From Vicugna vicugna (taxonomy: Eukaryota), in the NCBI GenBank assembly GCA_013265495.1, contig MU058337.1, positions 2,262,686 through 2,326,685 on the forward strand: DNA of 64,000 bases, read 5' to 3'. The position numbers and the translations under genes are program-made. How positions within the stretch are numbered: position 1 is the stretch's first letter; the number at the start of each line of letters is the position of its first letter. The notes under the pieces are model-generated. The model was not told the DNA's origin, ran no database searches, and saw only the letters and a program-made list of their open reading frames with translations. This document shows positions 14,193 to 27,039 of the stretch, in pieces.

Positions 14193-14690
14193 ACTGTTCC
14201 ATTTATCTCTTGTGGAATAACAAATTTTACCAAAACTGACAGCTTAAAACAGCAATTGTATCATATCTCGTGATTTTGCGGTTCCAAATTTTAGGAAGGA
14301 AACTCAACTGAGTTTCTCTCCTTTATGTGACAAATATGTTGCATTCAGCTGGCAAACAGATACCTTTGTAAGATTCAGTTTGGGTACTTGCACACATCTG
14401 GTGACTAGAGGTGGTACTCAGTGGTACCATTGAAAGTGTCCACGGGTGGCTTGTCCACTATGGAGATCTGAGGGACAGTCAAACTTGACTCCTTGTATGA
14501 TTGCCAGGGATTCTGAGAGAGACTTCTTCAAAAGAGAGAAAGGAGAAGTTGCCAGTGTCTCCAGGTCTGGCCACAGAAGCTGGCACAGCTTTGCGTCCAC
14601 CGTGCTCTGTCACCAGCCCCTGTCACAGAGCTTGCTCATATCCAGTGAAAGGGGACACTGGCAGCCCGTCCTCTGCTTTTTCTCTGCTAC
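14193..14690 (-). mobile_element. Old MaLR LTR (MLT1 family)
   Basis: Antisense LTR end aataacaaattttaccaaaact..cagcttaaaacagcaa, and later ggcctc-like cagaagctggcacagc...gtcacagagcttgctcatatcca. Confidence 0.6.
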
Positions 14691-15049
14691 AAATGAGTCA
14701 GTCTTCATGTTCCATCTCTCTTCTGAAAGCCTGTCTGTCCTTAGGTTTTAGGCTGTTTGGTTTCCCCGAAATCTCAGCTCTCTGACGGGCTCAAGAATAA
14801 ATGGGATTTTGTAATATGTCCAACTTTTTTTATTAACAGGGTGCCAGTAACATGCTTTCCAAGATACATCCTCGGAGGAAGTGGTGTTCCCTGGCTTTAG
14901 AACGTGTCAGCAATTCTAGATCCTAGACTGCTGAGGAATTGTGTCTGCAAAATGCTTGGGGAAAAATCATTGTGAACCTAAAAAAATTCTAAGAAATCCT
15001 TTTTTAGCCAAATTATCATTCTAATAGAAGAACAAGAAATGACAATTTT

Positions 15050-16065
15050 CTTTTTTTTTTTAATTTTAAAACTATTTTCTGTCAACCTATTTCCGCTTTG
15101 AGAGTTTGTGGAAGAACAGCTTAAGACCACTCAGTGGTGGTCCCTGCTTACTCACTGTCCTGAGCGGTGGGAGCTGCAGGCCAGCCTTCAGGGGCTGACT
15201 GAGCGCTCGGGTCTCAGGAGGGAAGCACTGAGCAGGCACAGAGGGCGCCTGCACGCCTCCCCGCTCTGCCACCCCGGGCTGAGCAGCAGTGAAGTCGGGA
15301 GCTGGAGCGGTCCCTTCCCCCTGGAACTCCCCCTCGGGCACGGCCACAGCCTGCTTCCTTTGCAGTCTCTTCAGCACCTGTGTAGATGTAGAGACCAGGC
15401 GTGACCTCGCACGGTGCTTACGGGAGATGCTGCAGCGCATGCGCAGAACCTCCTGGGCACACATCCGCCGCATCAGACCCCCTGAGCGAGCGCCCTGTAG
15501 TCGCAGGGATGGCGATGTCCACACAGTGCAGAGCGGGGTCTGTGTTACACAGAGAAGGGGTAGGCAGGTTAATGTAAGACGCCAATGGGAGAGACTGAAG
15601 GTCAACCCTGGGATCAGTAACCACCAGGAGTCTCAGCTCCGGAAGGCTGCCTGGATCTGGTGAGTGCAGGTTCCAGGAGTGAAGTGGCCAGCAGTAGGGG
15701 GGCTCCAGTGGCAGCAGGAAACTTCAGCCCTGCTCGCAGGCCAGTCTTCCTGGAGGACGTGGCACTGACATCAGCTGGGTGTCCAAGGGCAGCAGCGACA
15801 TGAGCTGCCAACAGAAGCTTCTCCCAGGCTCTCTTCAGATTTATGATTCAGACACCATCACTTTTCCTCTCCCAGAGAGACTGCTCCATTTGGAAGTCAA
15901 GACTGGCGCCAACTAAGTGGGCTTCTGCAGCAAGGAATTTGAGGACGTCCTCCTCTTTCAGTTGCAGGACATCAAGGGCTCCGGACATTGTGAAAGTTTC
16001 CCTTTGAGATACAAGAGAACCCAGAACAGCACCACATGGACCACTGCCTGGGTAGCGAAGAAAGG
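15050..16065 (-). pseudogene. RPSA: Full-length processed pseudogene of 40S ribosomal protein SA (uS2 / 37-kDa laminin receptor precursor)
   Basis: Minus-strand ORF fragments read [21 protein letters not shown]..., [21 protein letters not shown]...ASYINLP...LCNTD...VDIAIP, EVLRMR and EFQGEGTAPAPDFTAAQP, collinear with RPSA and intronless. ATG at 15988, native stop at 15123-15121 (..TTTEWS*). Premature stops (TGA 15850-15848; TAA near 15150) and several frameshifts. 5'UTR starts with a pyrimidine tract (CCTTTCTTC). Poly(A) appears as a T run at 15051-15061. TSD AGAAATGACA(A/G)TTTT at 15035-15049 and 16066-16080. Confidence 0.97.
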
Positions 16066-16999
16066 AGAAATGACAGTTTTGACTTGCAAGAACTAAATAA
16101 ATCATCTTTCTATAATTTCTGAAGAAATATCTTGAGAACGTATTTCAGCAAAACAAGGTGGGGGAGGAACAAAATGGAAACATATGGGAACCCAAGAAAT
16201 GATGGCTCTTACCGAGAGATACGTGGTAGGGTGCTTCTGAGTAATTGTCAGCAGGCGTGGAAGTCAGAGGGTTCAGACGAGAACAGTAAGTCATAAAGTA
16301 AGAAGAATGTGTGAAATACAGCAAACAAAATCCAGCATGACTCAGAGGGTGATCAGGGTGATTCTTGACCTCAGTTTTTAATGATGCAAATAGTTTGGCT
16401 AATGAGTGGCACATTAACTGCCCCTCTGTTATTACAAACCACTTTCACTCTACCCTGCTCTCTATTGCACTAGTTTTTTTCTCCCCAAGTAGACAGTAAG
16501 CCACCTTTTCATCTCCTTCTTAATGATAACTTCATATAGAGTCATGTTTGATAGTAAAGAAGTGTAGTCAATTTCACAGTTAAGTGTATGATTTTATTGA
16601 CATGATCCTTTAAGAAATAGGATACACAAATTAAATTGGTACAAGTTTATACAGCTAATAAAATATTTTTTTCCTAATCCTAAACCTGTGGCTAGTCAAG
16701 GACATATATTTAATTTTATAATCATTTTTTTTAAAAAAGAGGTAGAGTTGTTGAGTTGGATGTGGGTTAAGACTGACCATAAGATGATGTGGGTTTCCTG
16801 ATAGAAATCTGAAACAACAGAAATACATCCAATTTGATCAACTTAGCCAACACTTGGGATATGCAACATGACTTATCTGAATGTAGCATATGTTAAAGTC
16901 ATTCTGTCACCAGCTAAAGTATAGCCAGCTTTAAGATTATACTGCAGATCTAAGCAGTGACTACATGACACATAATTAATCGGAATCAACTTTATTGAT

Positions 17000-17793
17000 G
17001 ATGGCAGATGGATAACTGTGCTTCCGATAGTGATGCTCTGAGAAGGACCCAGCATCACAGAGTAGTGCTACGAGGAGGAGGAGGGTGCTTAACCTGGACC
17101 CCGTCCCTGGGAAACATCCCGAGAAGCCCAAGTGAAGAACATCTTATTTTGAAATTTCTTCAACTACATCAATGCCATGAAAGATAAGGAAAGGCTGAGG
17201 ACCCATTCCCGCTTAAAGGAGATTCAAAGAAGCATTGAACCAAATGCAACAGGTGATGCAAAATGTGGTAGACAGGACATTATTGGAGCAATTTGCAAAA
17301 CTGGATGATGGACAGTAGATCAGATAAAAGGATTCTGTCAGTGCTGCATTTCCTGAAATGATACATACAATGATTATGAAAGAGCACATCTTTGTTCTTA
17401 TGACACATACGCTAAGGCATTAAGAGAGGAAGAGGCGTTGTATCAACAGGTCATTCTCGGATGTTGTGCACACACGCACACACACAGGCACACGCGTGAA
17501 CACGTACACACGCGCGCACACGTACACACGCACACAGACACATGTGCACACACAGACATGCACACACAGGCACACGTGTGTACACACATGTACAGACACG
17601 CACACACAGGCACGTGTGCACACGTGTACATGCACACACAGACACGCACACACACACACAGACACACACACACACACACACACGACACAGGGAGAGGCGA
17701 CAATCAGTGAATCAGGGAGAAGGATTTATGGGAACTCTTTGTACTAGTCTTGCCATTTTTCTGTAAGCTTGAAATTACCCTGAAGTAAAGTTT
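17000..17793 (+). mobile_element. L1MC-like 3' UTR interrupted by a CA-rich microsatellite
   Basis: aaggctgagga..attcc..ttaaaggaga...aaatgcaa, ggacattattggagcaatt, catttcctga, and terminal ggatttatgggaactctttgtacta..cttgc..tttttctgtaagcttgaaatt. Confidence 0.8.
17465..17684. repeat. Complex (CA/CG/TG) alternating purine-pyrimidine microsatellite
   Basis: ~220 bp of cacacgcacacacacaggcacacgcgtg... read directly; source of the six low-complexity HT/CV ORFs. Confidence 0.95.
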
Positions 17794-20700
17794 GACAATA
17801 TTACATCAGGAAATAACTGGCCTAATGCTATTTTAGAGTAATCCTTATTTCCACAGCTCCCTTTATTTATTGAAATCTGCCCAAGCACCCTGGCTTCTAA
17901 CCCAGAACTTATCTCTCTGCCTTAATTTTGTACTCAGGAGGTGTTAAGCGTGGGCACTCAGTTTCAGCGATCTTGAGAAGTGCAAAATCTAGGTACTGCA
18001 CAGTCCTCTTTTAAAATGTTACATTTCATCAAATCACACTGATGTGTGAGAACTCTGAACTATTCTTTTAGGAAACTGAAAATCAAACCCTCCTTTAAGT
18101 TCATCCCTAGTTAAACTAAGGAAACGATGAAGATTTATGTCTCATGGAGTTTATTTTTTCACACAGGCCGTTAGATTTGAGAAAATAACGATAAGATTGA
18201 TAGGAATGACTGTTACAAAGGGCGTGTTGACAACTGTCTTTAGAGAAGATGTCTACAAAGGGTTCGGGAGGAAAAAGTTATCAGCTTGGGATTTGTGGAG
18301 AATTTTCCCCCCAAATGCAGACTCTCTTCTAAACACCTGAACAGAAGGCATTCAGATTAACAAAATGGTGCTTTCTTGGCCAGCCTAGAAATTTCTCTCT
18401 TGCTCCCCCTCCTCCCTTCTTCCTTACTCCTGAGGCCTAATACCAACAGAAGACTAAAATTCATCTGCACTCCACTTAATACGTGCAGCCAGCTGTGATT
18501 TTATTTTTGATGCTGCCACATGAAAAAAGTTTTTTTTTCCTGAGCTATAGGTGTTAATTGGTATCTTTGTATCTTGCTAATTAAGTTCTAGCAACACCTT
18601 TTCCCTCTTCCTCATTTGCATTTAATGAGCTCCCTTGTTGTATTAATTTATTAGATAATTAGATAAAACAAAAAATAGTTCAGTTTCTTTAGGCATGGCT
18701 TTGGAAAGGACACCTTAAGAATTCAAAGGCTGATAAAAATGCATACATTACAAGAAATAAGATCAGCTCAGGAAGAAATATACTTAATGTTAGCCTACAC
18801 ATTCTTACTGACATGTTTAATAATGGGATCATTAGGGCATATATATATATGTAAAGAAAAGATTGATTCAGAAGCTCAGGCAACAATAATTATTTTGGTG
18901 TAAGCAAAACAGAATCACATATGATACAACGTGATGAACATACCAGAAACCTTTGCAACATTTAAGTACAACAAACAGATTATCAGTTAAGCAAGGTGCC
19001 CTCTGTTCTCTAATTATCATATTTATTTGCATGTTCATTTTCTTTCAAAAATTCTTTTTAAGCCATCGGCCAGGCGTTATTAAGTTTTTGCTGCCTAATA
19101 TGGTGCCAGAATTTACTTGACGAAAGAAAAATGGAAAAATCATTGGCGTACATTGAAACTGATCATTGTTTACTATTATAATGCTTCCCGCCCATCGGCA
19201 CTTAGGGACTTCTGGACATCATTCTGAGTGATGTTATTGATTCCATCCTCCTGTTCCAGCTCAAACTGGTTCAGGCTGATCGCTTTCTAACTTGTGTAGT
19301 ATCTGCAGAAAAGTTCATGACATCTCTTATTGCTCTATTTCTGTTTTCGGCTGAGCGGTGGATTCTGTTGGGATCCTGTCTTTATCTCTTTAAATACCCA
19401 TTATTCTTACCTCTTTAAATATCAATTAATCCTTAAGGTGAAGCAAACATCCAAAAATCAAGATATTAAGCCTTGAGTATTAATACTACATAGATAGGCT
19501 ACATAGGTAGGCCTAAACTCAGTCAACAATGACATTGCATTTTGTGAACCACAGAAGATACACTGAAGCTGAAAGTCATAATAATATGCAAGGCTTCAGG
19601 TATCTTTAATAGCTATGATGACAGAAATGACTACCTTTGTGGCCCAGTTTGGTAACATTGAACTTCCCAGCCAGGATTAGCACATTGTAGTAAGAAGCCT
19701 TAAGAAGTGCAGTAACTAAACCCCCAGGAGATGATGCTGTCAGTACATCCTAAAGCGATGGTACTAATTTTCTAGGCTGCACACATCACATCGATACTTT
19801 GCTTGAGGGTAGAAACAGGTCTGTAGAGAAGTCGTGAGCTAGAAAGCAAGATGAGTTTTTCTCTGCTTGATCTTTAGGTGAAACGCATTGGAGTAAAAAC
19901 TCTTTCCAGTGTCATTTGTCACTCAGAAATTAGGAGAGTTTTTCTCCCCTATATTCAAGAAGAACCAAAAGTCAAGTAATAGATGTATCAGTCAGAAAAC
20001 TCCCACTGCTGTTGGTTTTGTGTTGCCCCAAATGGCAACTTAAATCCCTCATGCCTGTTACAAGTATAAAGGGAACAGAAGACCCAGAGAGGCGATTGGA
20101 GCCAGAGATAGCAGAGCTGCGAGGAGACTGTTTGCAGAAAATATTCTTCCCATGTGTGGACTTGGCCTTTGAAGCAAAGAGTTACAACAGGAAATTAGGA
20201 ATAGGCTGGTGCAGCCTTGTAAACAAGTATAAAATTGTGTCAGCGCACCAAAATATTTCACTAGACTGCCCTTCCCCTAGGAGGGTCCCAGGTGGTGTAA
20301 CACATGCAGTCAGCAACCCTTCCGACATGTCTAGCATATATGATTATTTTGGCTCTAACCGGCCATTAGTTATTTGTAAGCTGGGGCATAAATACAGAGG
20401 CTCGTTGAATATTTATGTCCAACTCCAGCATCCACATTTATTAATTTGTCTACATATGGGGAATATGGTTATGAGGGGAATGGAAAATATTTACTCCGGG
20501 AGCCCTTGATGTAATACATTAAATATGAACACGCTCTTGGTGTGGGGGGTCCTGGAATCTTGGTAGGCGTTGGGTCCCTGCTGGCCCTTTATCATTTTTC
20601 TCTTCCTACAACTGAATATAAAACTGAAAGGCTGCCTTTAACATTCTTAAACTGTGATACTGCCAGACTCATCCTATAAGAAATTCCCTAAGTTTTCATC

Positions 20701-22564
20701 CAGACATAATATTTTTTATTAGCTAACTTGTAGCAAGTCTCTTCTCGGAGCCCTACTAAACACGATACTAAATGTTCTTTTTGCCTTCCTAGGAAAATAA
20801 CAATCTGGGACTCCTTTGTTTTTCGCAGAACAATAAAATTAACCAGTTACTGAATTTATACTCTCATTAGAGAGCCATTGTTACTGTTCTTTTAACAAAA
20901 GAAAATACTCAAAGGAAAACAAACAAAAATTAGCACAGAAAAGAATATGACAGATGTGCATTATTCCCCCTGGATATTAGATTTGGAATGCGTTCATAGA
21001 GAATGGTGTCAGTGTCAAAGATTCAATGCTGTAGGAAAAAGCGATCCCCCCAGAAAGTCTAATTTTCACCTTTTTTCTCATTTATTGGATGAAGTCTGTA
21101 GACATCATTCTCCTTTTGTATAAGGAATAAATACCATGATTTGCCAAAGTAAAGTACTTGAAAAGGATTTCCTACAATTTAGTGGAGAATCTTAAAATCT
21201 TATACCACTCTGAATTTTTCCAGATATCTATCAATCCTGAAATGTTTTTCCCAGGCTTAGATTGATTCTCTAAATCACTCATCCTTCTCCGATGTACAGT
21301 GATGTAGCCACTGAATTATATCTATTGAATTTTGCCTTCTCTTTTGAGTCTCCCAAAAAGGGACACTAAAATTTTGTACTATTGAAGGGTAGAGAAATGA
21401 AGAAGTATCTCAAACTACCTTCCTTTTTAAGAGGTAAGCACAGATTGATCAAATAAGATATCTGAGCGAGACCTCAGATGTGATTCAGTCCAACAGATCT
21501 GCCAACAGAGTTGTATTCTAGAATCACCTGGAGAATTCTGTAAAAGATTCCTGGGATCCACCTTTGAACTTCTAGGTGGGATAAACACCATGATTATCAA
21601 AGTAACTCCTTGTAATTCTATTGAATGCCCATCAATCTTTGATCACTTAATTTTAAGAAAAGCTGATTTTTTTTCAGTTTAAGTAATTTAGTCAACATTA
21701 AAAATGTGCTTTAGTGGTGGAGAAGGATCTGCTTTTTGAACTCCTAATCCAGCATTTTATAAAATGTATTAAGAAGAACTGACAGGAATTGTGTTTTTTA
21801 TCGCTGTCCTACATAAAGCTAGTCCAATAGGATATTTAGGGTTAAATATCCTTTTTGATCAAGTAGGATATCTTCTAAAGTTATGGAGTATTTAAATACC
21901 CTTAGAGAATAGTCACAAAATTATTCCTTGCATTTCTATCTCCTATGGTAATGTTATCAAAATAAAACGAGGTAGTGTGTCAGGTGCTTGCTGTAACTGC
22001 CTAGAAATCCTAGGTCTTTGGCATATTCATCTCATATTTGTTAGAAGAATATTAATGCTTTTTATCTCTTATTTTCATTTATAAGATGAAAAGGTAGCTT
22101 TTGCTAATTTCATTAGGCTAAATTGAGGGATATAGAGAAAAACGAACAGTTTGGAAACGTTTATTTGGAATATATTGTGAACACTTGAAAAAAAAACTTT
22201 CAGTTGTGTGTGTGAGAGAAAGACAGACTATGTTGACATGCAAAATGGCCTTGGGAAGTTTTATGGAATAAAAATAAAGTGGCAATACACCACTCTCCCA
22301 GATGGAGTGGTTTTGCTGTGGTTCAGATCATGGAGGGTGACATTAAGCTCTTCCAAAAGGAAAGCACAGTGATAATCCAGTCACAGTTAACTCCAGGATG
22401 AGGGACTGAAGACGCACATTGGGATTAGTTTCTTGAAAGCAAGAGACACTCGGGTTACAGTCAGGACGTGCTTGGATTAACGTATTCCAGATACAAGACT
22501 ATTCTGAAAACAGTGTGAGGGTTCTATGGGTTGGAGCAACCGTCCAGCATGGTAGACAGTCACG

Positions 22565-22690
22565 TCAGTCAAGAATATTTTTGGCCACAAGTAACATGTA
22601 TGCCAATAGACTGTGACTTAAACAAGTAATGTGTTTATTTTTCTCAAGAAAAAATGGATTTGAAGTTAGGCAGTCCAGGGCTGGGTTTTA
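22565..22690 (-). mobile_element. MLT1J-like LTR fragment
   Basis: caagtaaca...tgtgacttaaacaag...tttatttttctca...gaagttaggcagtccagggctgg. Confidence 0.55.
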
Positions 22691-25600
22691 AATTCCTTTC
22701 CTGTATTTTTTTGATGCCTCTCTATGATAGTGACTTGAAAGTAATATAATTGAATGTCTTATCCACCCCCCGACCCTTAGAACTAGGTTTTTATCACATA
22801 ATTCCAGTTTAAGGATGATTGGATTCATAGTAATATGTCATATGACTGGCAGAAAAAAGAGTGTGAAAGAAAGGAGGTGACCTTTAAAAATACTGATAAT
22901 GTTGTTTAAGGCAATGAGGCAAAACTAGACAGCGGCAGGCAGAATGAAAATGATCTCTTAAACCAGACGGGTGATTGGAAAGAGCTAAATACGTCAGCTT
23001 TTTTGTCTCTCTGTGTGTCTGTTTGTTGTTAATTATTAATGAGTTACAGGGGCATAAAGACTCAGTTTAAGAACTGTAACCCAGAACTTAGCTGAAGTCT
23101 TTCTTTATCAAGTATTGCCACAAGCATGCTGCATGATCATCTATCCAAAAATGTCATGACTTAACACAACAAACATTTGTTCTCAAGCTGTCCATCCTGC
23201 ATTTGGCTGAGTTCTGGATGCTCTTGACTGGGTTCCGCTGGGAGGGGGGATCTGCTTCAGGCTGAAAGGTGGCTGAGCTGGGCTCCTGACGTCTCGCCCT
23301 GAGCACAGATTGAAGGGATAGGAGTGTGTTCTTCTAACGCAGTGACAGACGCTCAGGTCAAGCCCACTGCACAAGCGCACTGGATGAAGTCAAAAGAGGG
23401 TGGTTGGGGGAGGTACACACAGCCATCATGAAGCCGTGGGCAGACTGTTGACATGTGCTTCGACTGTGGGCGAGCGGGGTGCTGGAAACTCCCTGTCATT
23501 CATATAAAATGGTCACCACCAAGGCCTCCTGAAAACTGTCTCAAATGTATTACTGTTAGTATCATTATTTAACCATGAGGTTTGTCACCACTGAAGGTAT
23601 GCAGTAGTTGAAAAGAAAGTTGCTTTGTTGACTGGGAAAGTGTTTTCCGAGTAGAAGAGGATGGAGGAACAGCCTGGACCAGCGCCTCCCAGTAGAGGCT
23701 GGCGAGAGAGGGCTCTTCTCACAGGAGGAAGGACACAGGGTTGAGATGGGCTCACAAACCCGGCTCCTCCTGGTTGAGGACTTTTCTGTTCTCTAATGGA
23801 GGCACAGTCATGAATGATCACAAAGGCCACACACCCGTCATTAACTGTGAGTTGATATATAATTGGTTTTTGGCTTTTCTATGTTTATCCAGCACCTCGT
23901 TCAGATCTCCCCACTTATTTGCATGTATCATAAGGCTTTTATTAATGACAATTTTTCTCACTGATTTAAAGGGAGTAGAGTGTGTTGTGGTTCTTATATA
24001 GAGTAAATACTTGGTATTTACTTGATGATGAAATGATGTTTAGTTTATTTACTGTTAGTATCTTCAGAGAGACTAAGCTAAAAGAGTCCCTTTGCGTTTT
24101 GCCAGGATGTCTGAATTAACACAGAGATATTTCCTGGCATTTTTTTGTCCCCTGAATGGCTGACCCAGACTCACTGATGGCAGTGGACCACAAGAAATGC
24201 AGAAAACTATTACTTTTAGAAAAATGGGATAAAACTTGTAAGAAATTTAGATAACTGTCTACTTTTATAAAAATGACGTGGATTTTAAGCTCTAGTCTCC
24301 TATATTGTAAACTAGTGAGTTTAAATCACATAAAATTATACAAAATTTTAATTTTTCTTAATATTGTTATTTTGGTAAAATTGGGGTATTTTTCTCTTGT
24401 ATTCTATTATAAGTATTTTATTTTCAACTCATGAACTACTTTTTAAATACCAGATTCTTATATCTATTTCCTTGTCAGATAAATTGAGCCTTATTTATAG
24501 AGTATGAATGTTCCAGTGGCTGGTTTAAAAGAATGAGGCAGTAACAATTATCACATTTGTTATATGATTCAGATGTGAGACCCGAACCCCTAAAGAGCTA
24601 GGTCCCTTAATTCGTTCAATCTAGTTTCTAAAATTACGGGTTTAGAAGGGACCTCAGAGGTTCTCTGCTCCAACCTGGCATTAAAACCGGAATGTTCCCC
24701 ACCAACGTTCTTGAATAAGCTGAGGGGTAACATTTTCACTAGATACATAGATTAGGAAAAAAAAAACTGAATGACATTTGCATGGAACAATGTTAAATGT
24801 GAAAAAGGAGGTGACTCAGGAAAAGAAACTCATGCAAATTGCGAGCACAAACACTTCACAGAGAAATTTACCAGAGTGAAAGTAGCTAATAAAATGAACA
24901 GTAAAGGAAATGTAATTGTCTAAAACACATCACAAAATAACCAAATTAAACCAAAGAGAATGGGCGATGCTGTGAATGGCGGGACGAGAATTAAGCCGAC
25001 AATTTCTCTTACTTGCTTTGAAAATTTGATAATCATCATTATCATCTGAGCAGAATGATCAGTTAAATAGTTCTACTTTAAGTCATCCTGGGACTTACAC
25101 AGAAAAGGACATGTGACATTTATGAAAGACACATGCAACTTCTATTATCAAGGAGATATTACAATTAGTAATTAAATCACCTTGCCAGGAAGGATTTATT
25201 CAATTTATCATAGAAAATATAGATGTGTCCTGGGTGCTTGACTTTGCCTTCTGGTTTCTTGTTTTTACCATATCTTAAATTAAGGAAAAATGATTTATTA
25301 TTCACTATTTTTTTCTGAAATATCCACATAAAACTGTTAGCTTATTAAACAATAAGTCAGTTTTGTTCTGATTTTTGAAACTACAGTGCTTGGCAAAGAG
25401 AAAGTGACCTTACCCACAGAATTAGGTTTTGTTGACATGATCTGGTTATCTTACTAAGATAGGTGCCTTTTTCTGCATTCACAATAACCTCTGTTACTCT
25501 GATTATTTTCATATTGCCTTGTTCCCATCAGGAGAACACATAAATAATGAGAAACAGGGGATTCAGGGGAAATGTAATATTGTGTAGTTTTCTTGTGCAA

Positions 25601-25879
25601 ATTTCCTCTTCAGTCAGTGCATGCTCAGCTGGAAGAAATAATTTGTCAAATATTCTTCCCCACCAAACGGTGGTGATACTCCCTCAAAAAATGTTCACAC
25701 TAAAGCCATCCATTAGTTTTGTGCTGACAGCACAAGTCAATCCAGTGTCCCTGGACCCTGAATTACTCTGAGGAGTACAGTCAGAAGGAGCAAGACAAAC
25801 GTCTTTTTGCAATATCATCCATCAATCTAATAGCAAATCAGGTGTATCCATTTTATTGCAGATAGTTTCCATCCAGCTA

Positions 25880-26225
25880 CCTGCTCTCCTCCCCGTGGGG
25901 TTGGTTCTCCTCCTGCCTCTAAAATGGCTGCCAGCACCTTCTAAGTGTGCGTGCTTCTTCACTGGCATCCGATGAGAGAGTGAATATATTTCCCCAATAT
26001 TTTTGGCTCAGGAAATTTCTGATTAGACAGGTCAGGTCACATGCACACCCCTGAACCAAACGGTGTGACCAAGAGAAAACAGTATGCTAACTGGCTAACC
26101 TAGGATCTTATGATTGGAGGACTAAAACACAAAAAATCTCAAGTTGAGGAGAATTGGTTCTTTGAGCAAAATTCACCTACTTCTGCTACGAGGCTGGGAG
26201 ATGCATGCTGAGAGGCAACAATAAA
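25880..26225 (-). mobile_element. MLT1J/K-like LTR fragment
   Basis: aaaatggctgccagca, tctgatt...ggtcacatgcacacccctgaaccaa, atgctaactggct. Confidence 0.65.
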
Positions 26226-27039
26226 CACATCCTGGTTATAAACCAGATCTGGCAGCGCCAGACACTCCACTTTTTTGTTTCATCATATCAGAAAATCTGC
26301 TGTGATTCAGAGCTCACCCAGTAAACACATATCCTTTTGATGACAGTTATTGGCAACATATCTAACAGCAGCTATGCCCAAGTTGCCCTCCTTTGAACCT
26401 CTAGCCACGTGCATGTCCAAGGCTACAGAGTTAACGTTATGTATATTTCTTTGCCTCCCCACATGCCATCACAATCAAGTATTTCTTGAGAGCCTGTTGT
26501 GCTGGAAAAGATGGACATGAACAGATTTGTAGAATGTAGTTCTCGTAGGACTTTAATATCCTCACTAAGTCTTGAAGGGTGAGTGGGGAGCATCTCTGCA
26601 GACAATGGGAGAAAGGCTTCAAAGTAGAGTGAAGAGTAAGCCAACAAGAAAAATAAAACAGCATGGAATTTCCAGAGAACTGCAAGTCACTCTGCAGCCT
26701 GACCCAAGGGTGTGATGGGATTAGAAGAGGCAATGGTTGGTAGGAATTAGATCTGGAAGGGTCCTGTGCTACCCAAGGGAAAGCTGGAGACATATTTTGT
26801 CACGAGTGAAGCACCACTGGGAGAATTTTCAAGGGAACCTGCATTATTGTTTTCACCTAAGAATTCATTTTGGCAACAGTGTGGAACATCATCTGGGAAT
26901 ACAAAGAACATCAGTGAGGCAGTGTGGAAGCTATTTCCAAACTCCAGATGATGAAATCCAAACCAAGGAGATAGAAGTCCCAACAGATGCAGGTGCTCTT
27001 TAATACACAGATTCTGTAGGACTTGGGAGAGAATTAAAT

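Noticed and set aside
15087..15663. 172-aa minus-strand ORF and 98/124-aa plus-strand ORFs
   Set aside because: They are frameshifted or antisense readings of the RPSA pseudogene; high GC explains the scarcity of stops.
17420..17766. Six overlapping His/Thr- or Cys/Val-rich ORFs
   Set aside because: Translation artefacts of the CA-rich microsatellite.
20012..20509. 165-aa plus-strand ORF
   Set aside because: Non-ATG start, no recognisable domain or clear splice context; length is compatible with chance.
21829..21856. 10-bp perfect hairpin (AGGATATTTA-GGGT-TAAATATCCT) followed by a T run
   Set aside because: Resembles a bacterial terminator, but this is mammalian DNA; too short for a pre-miRNA and expected occasionally by chance.
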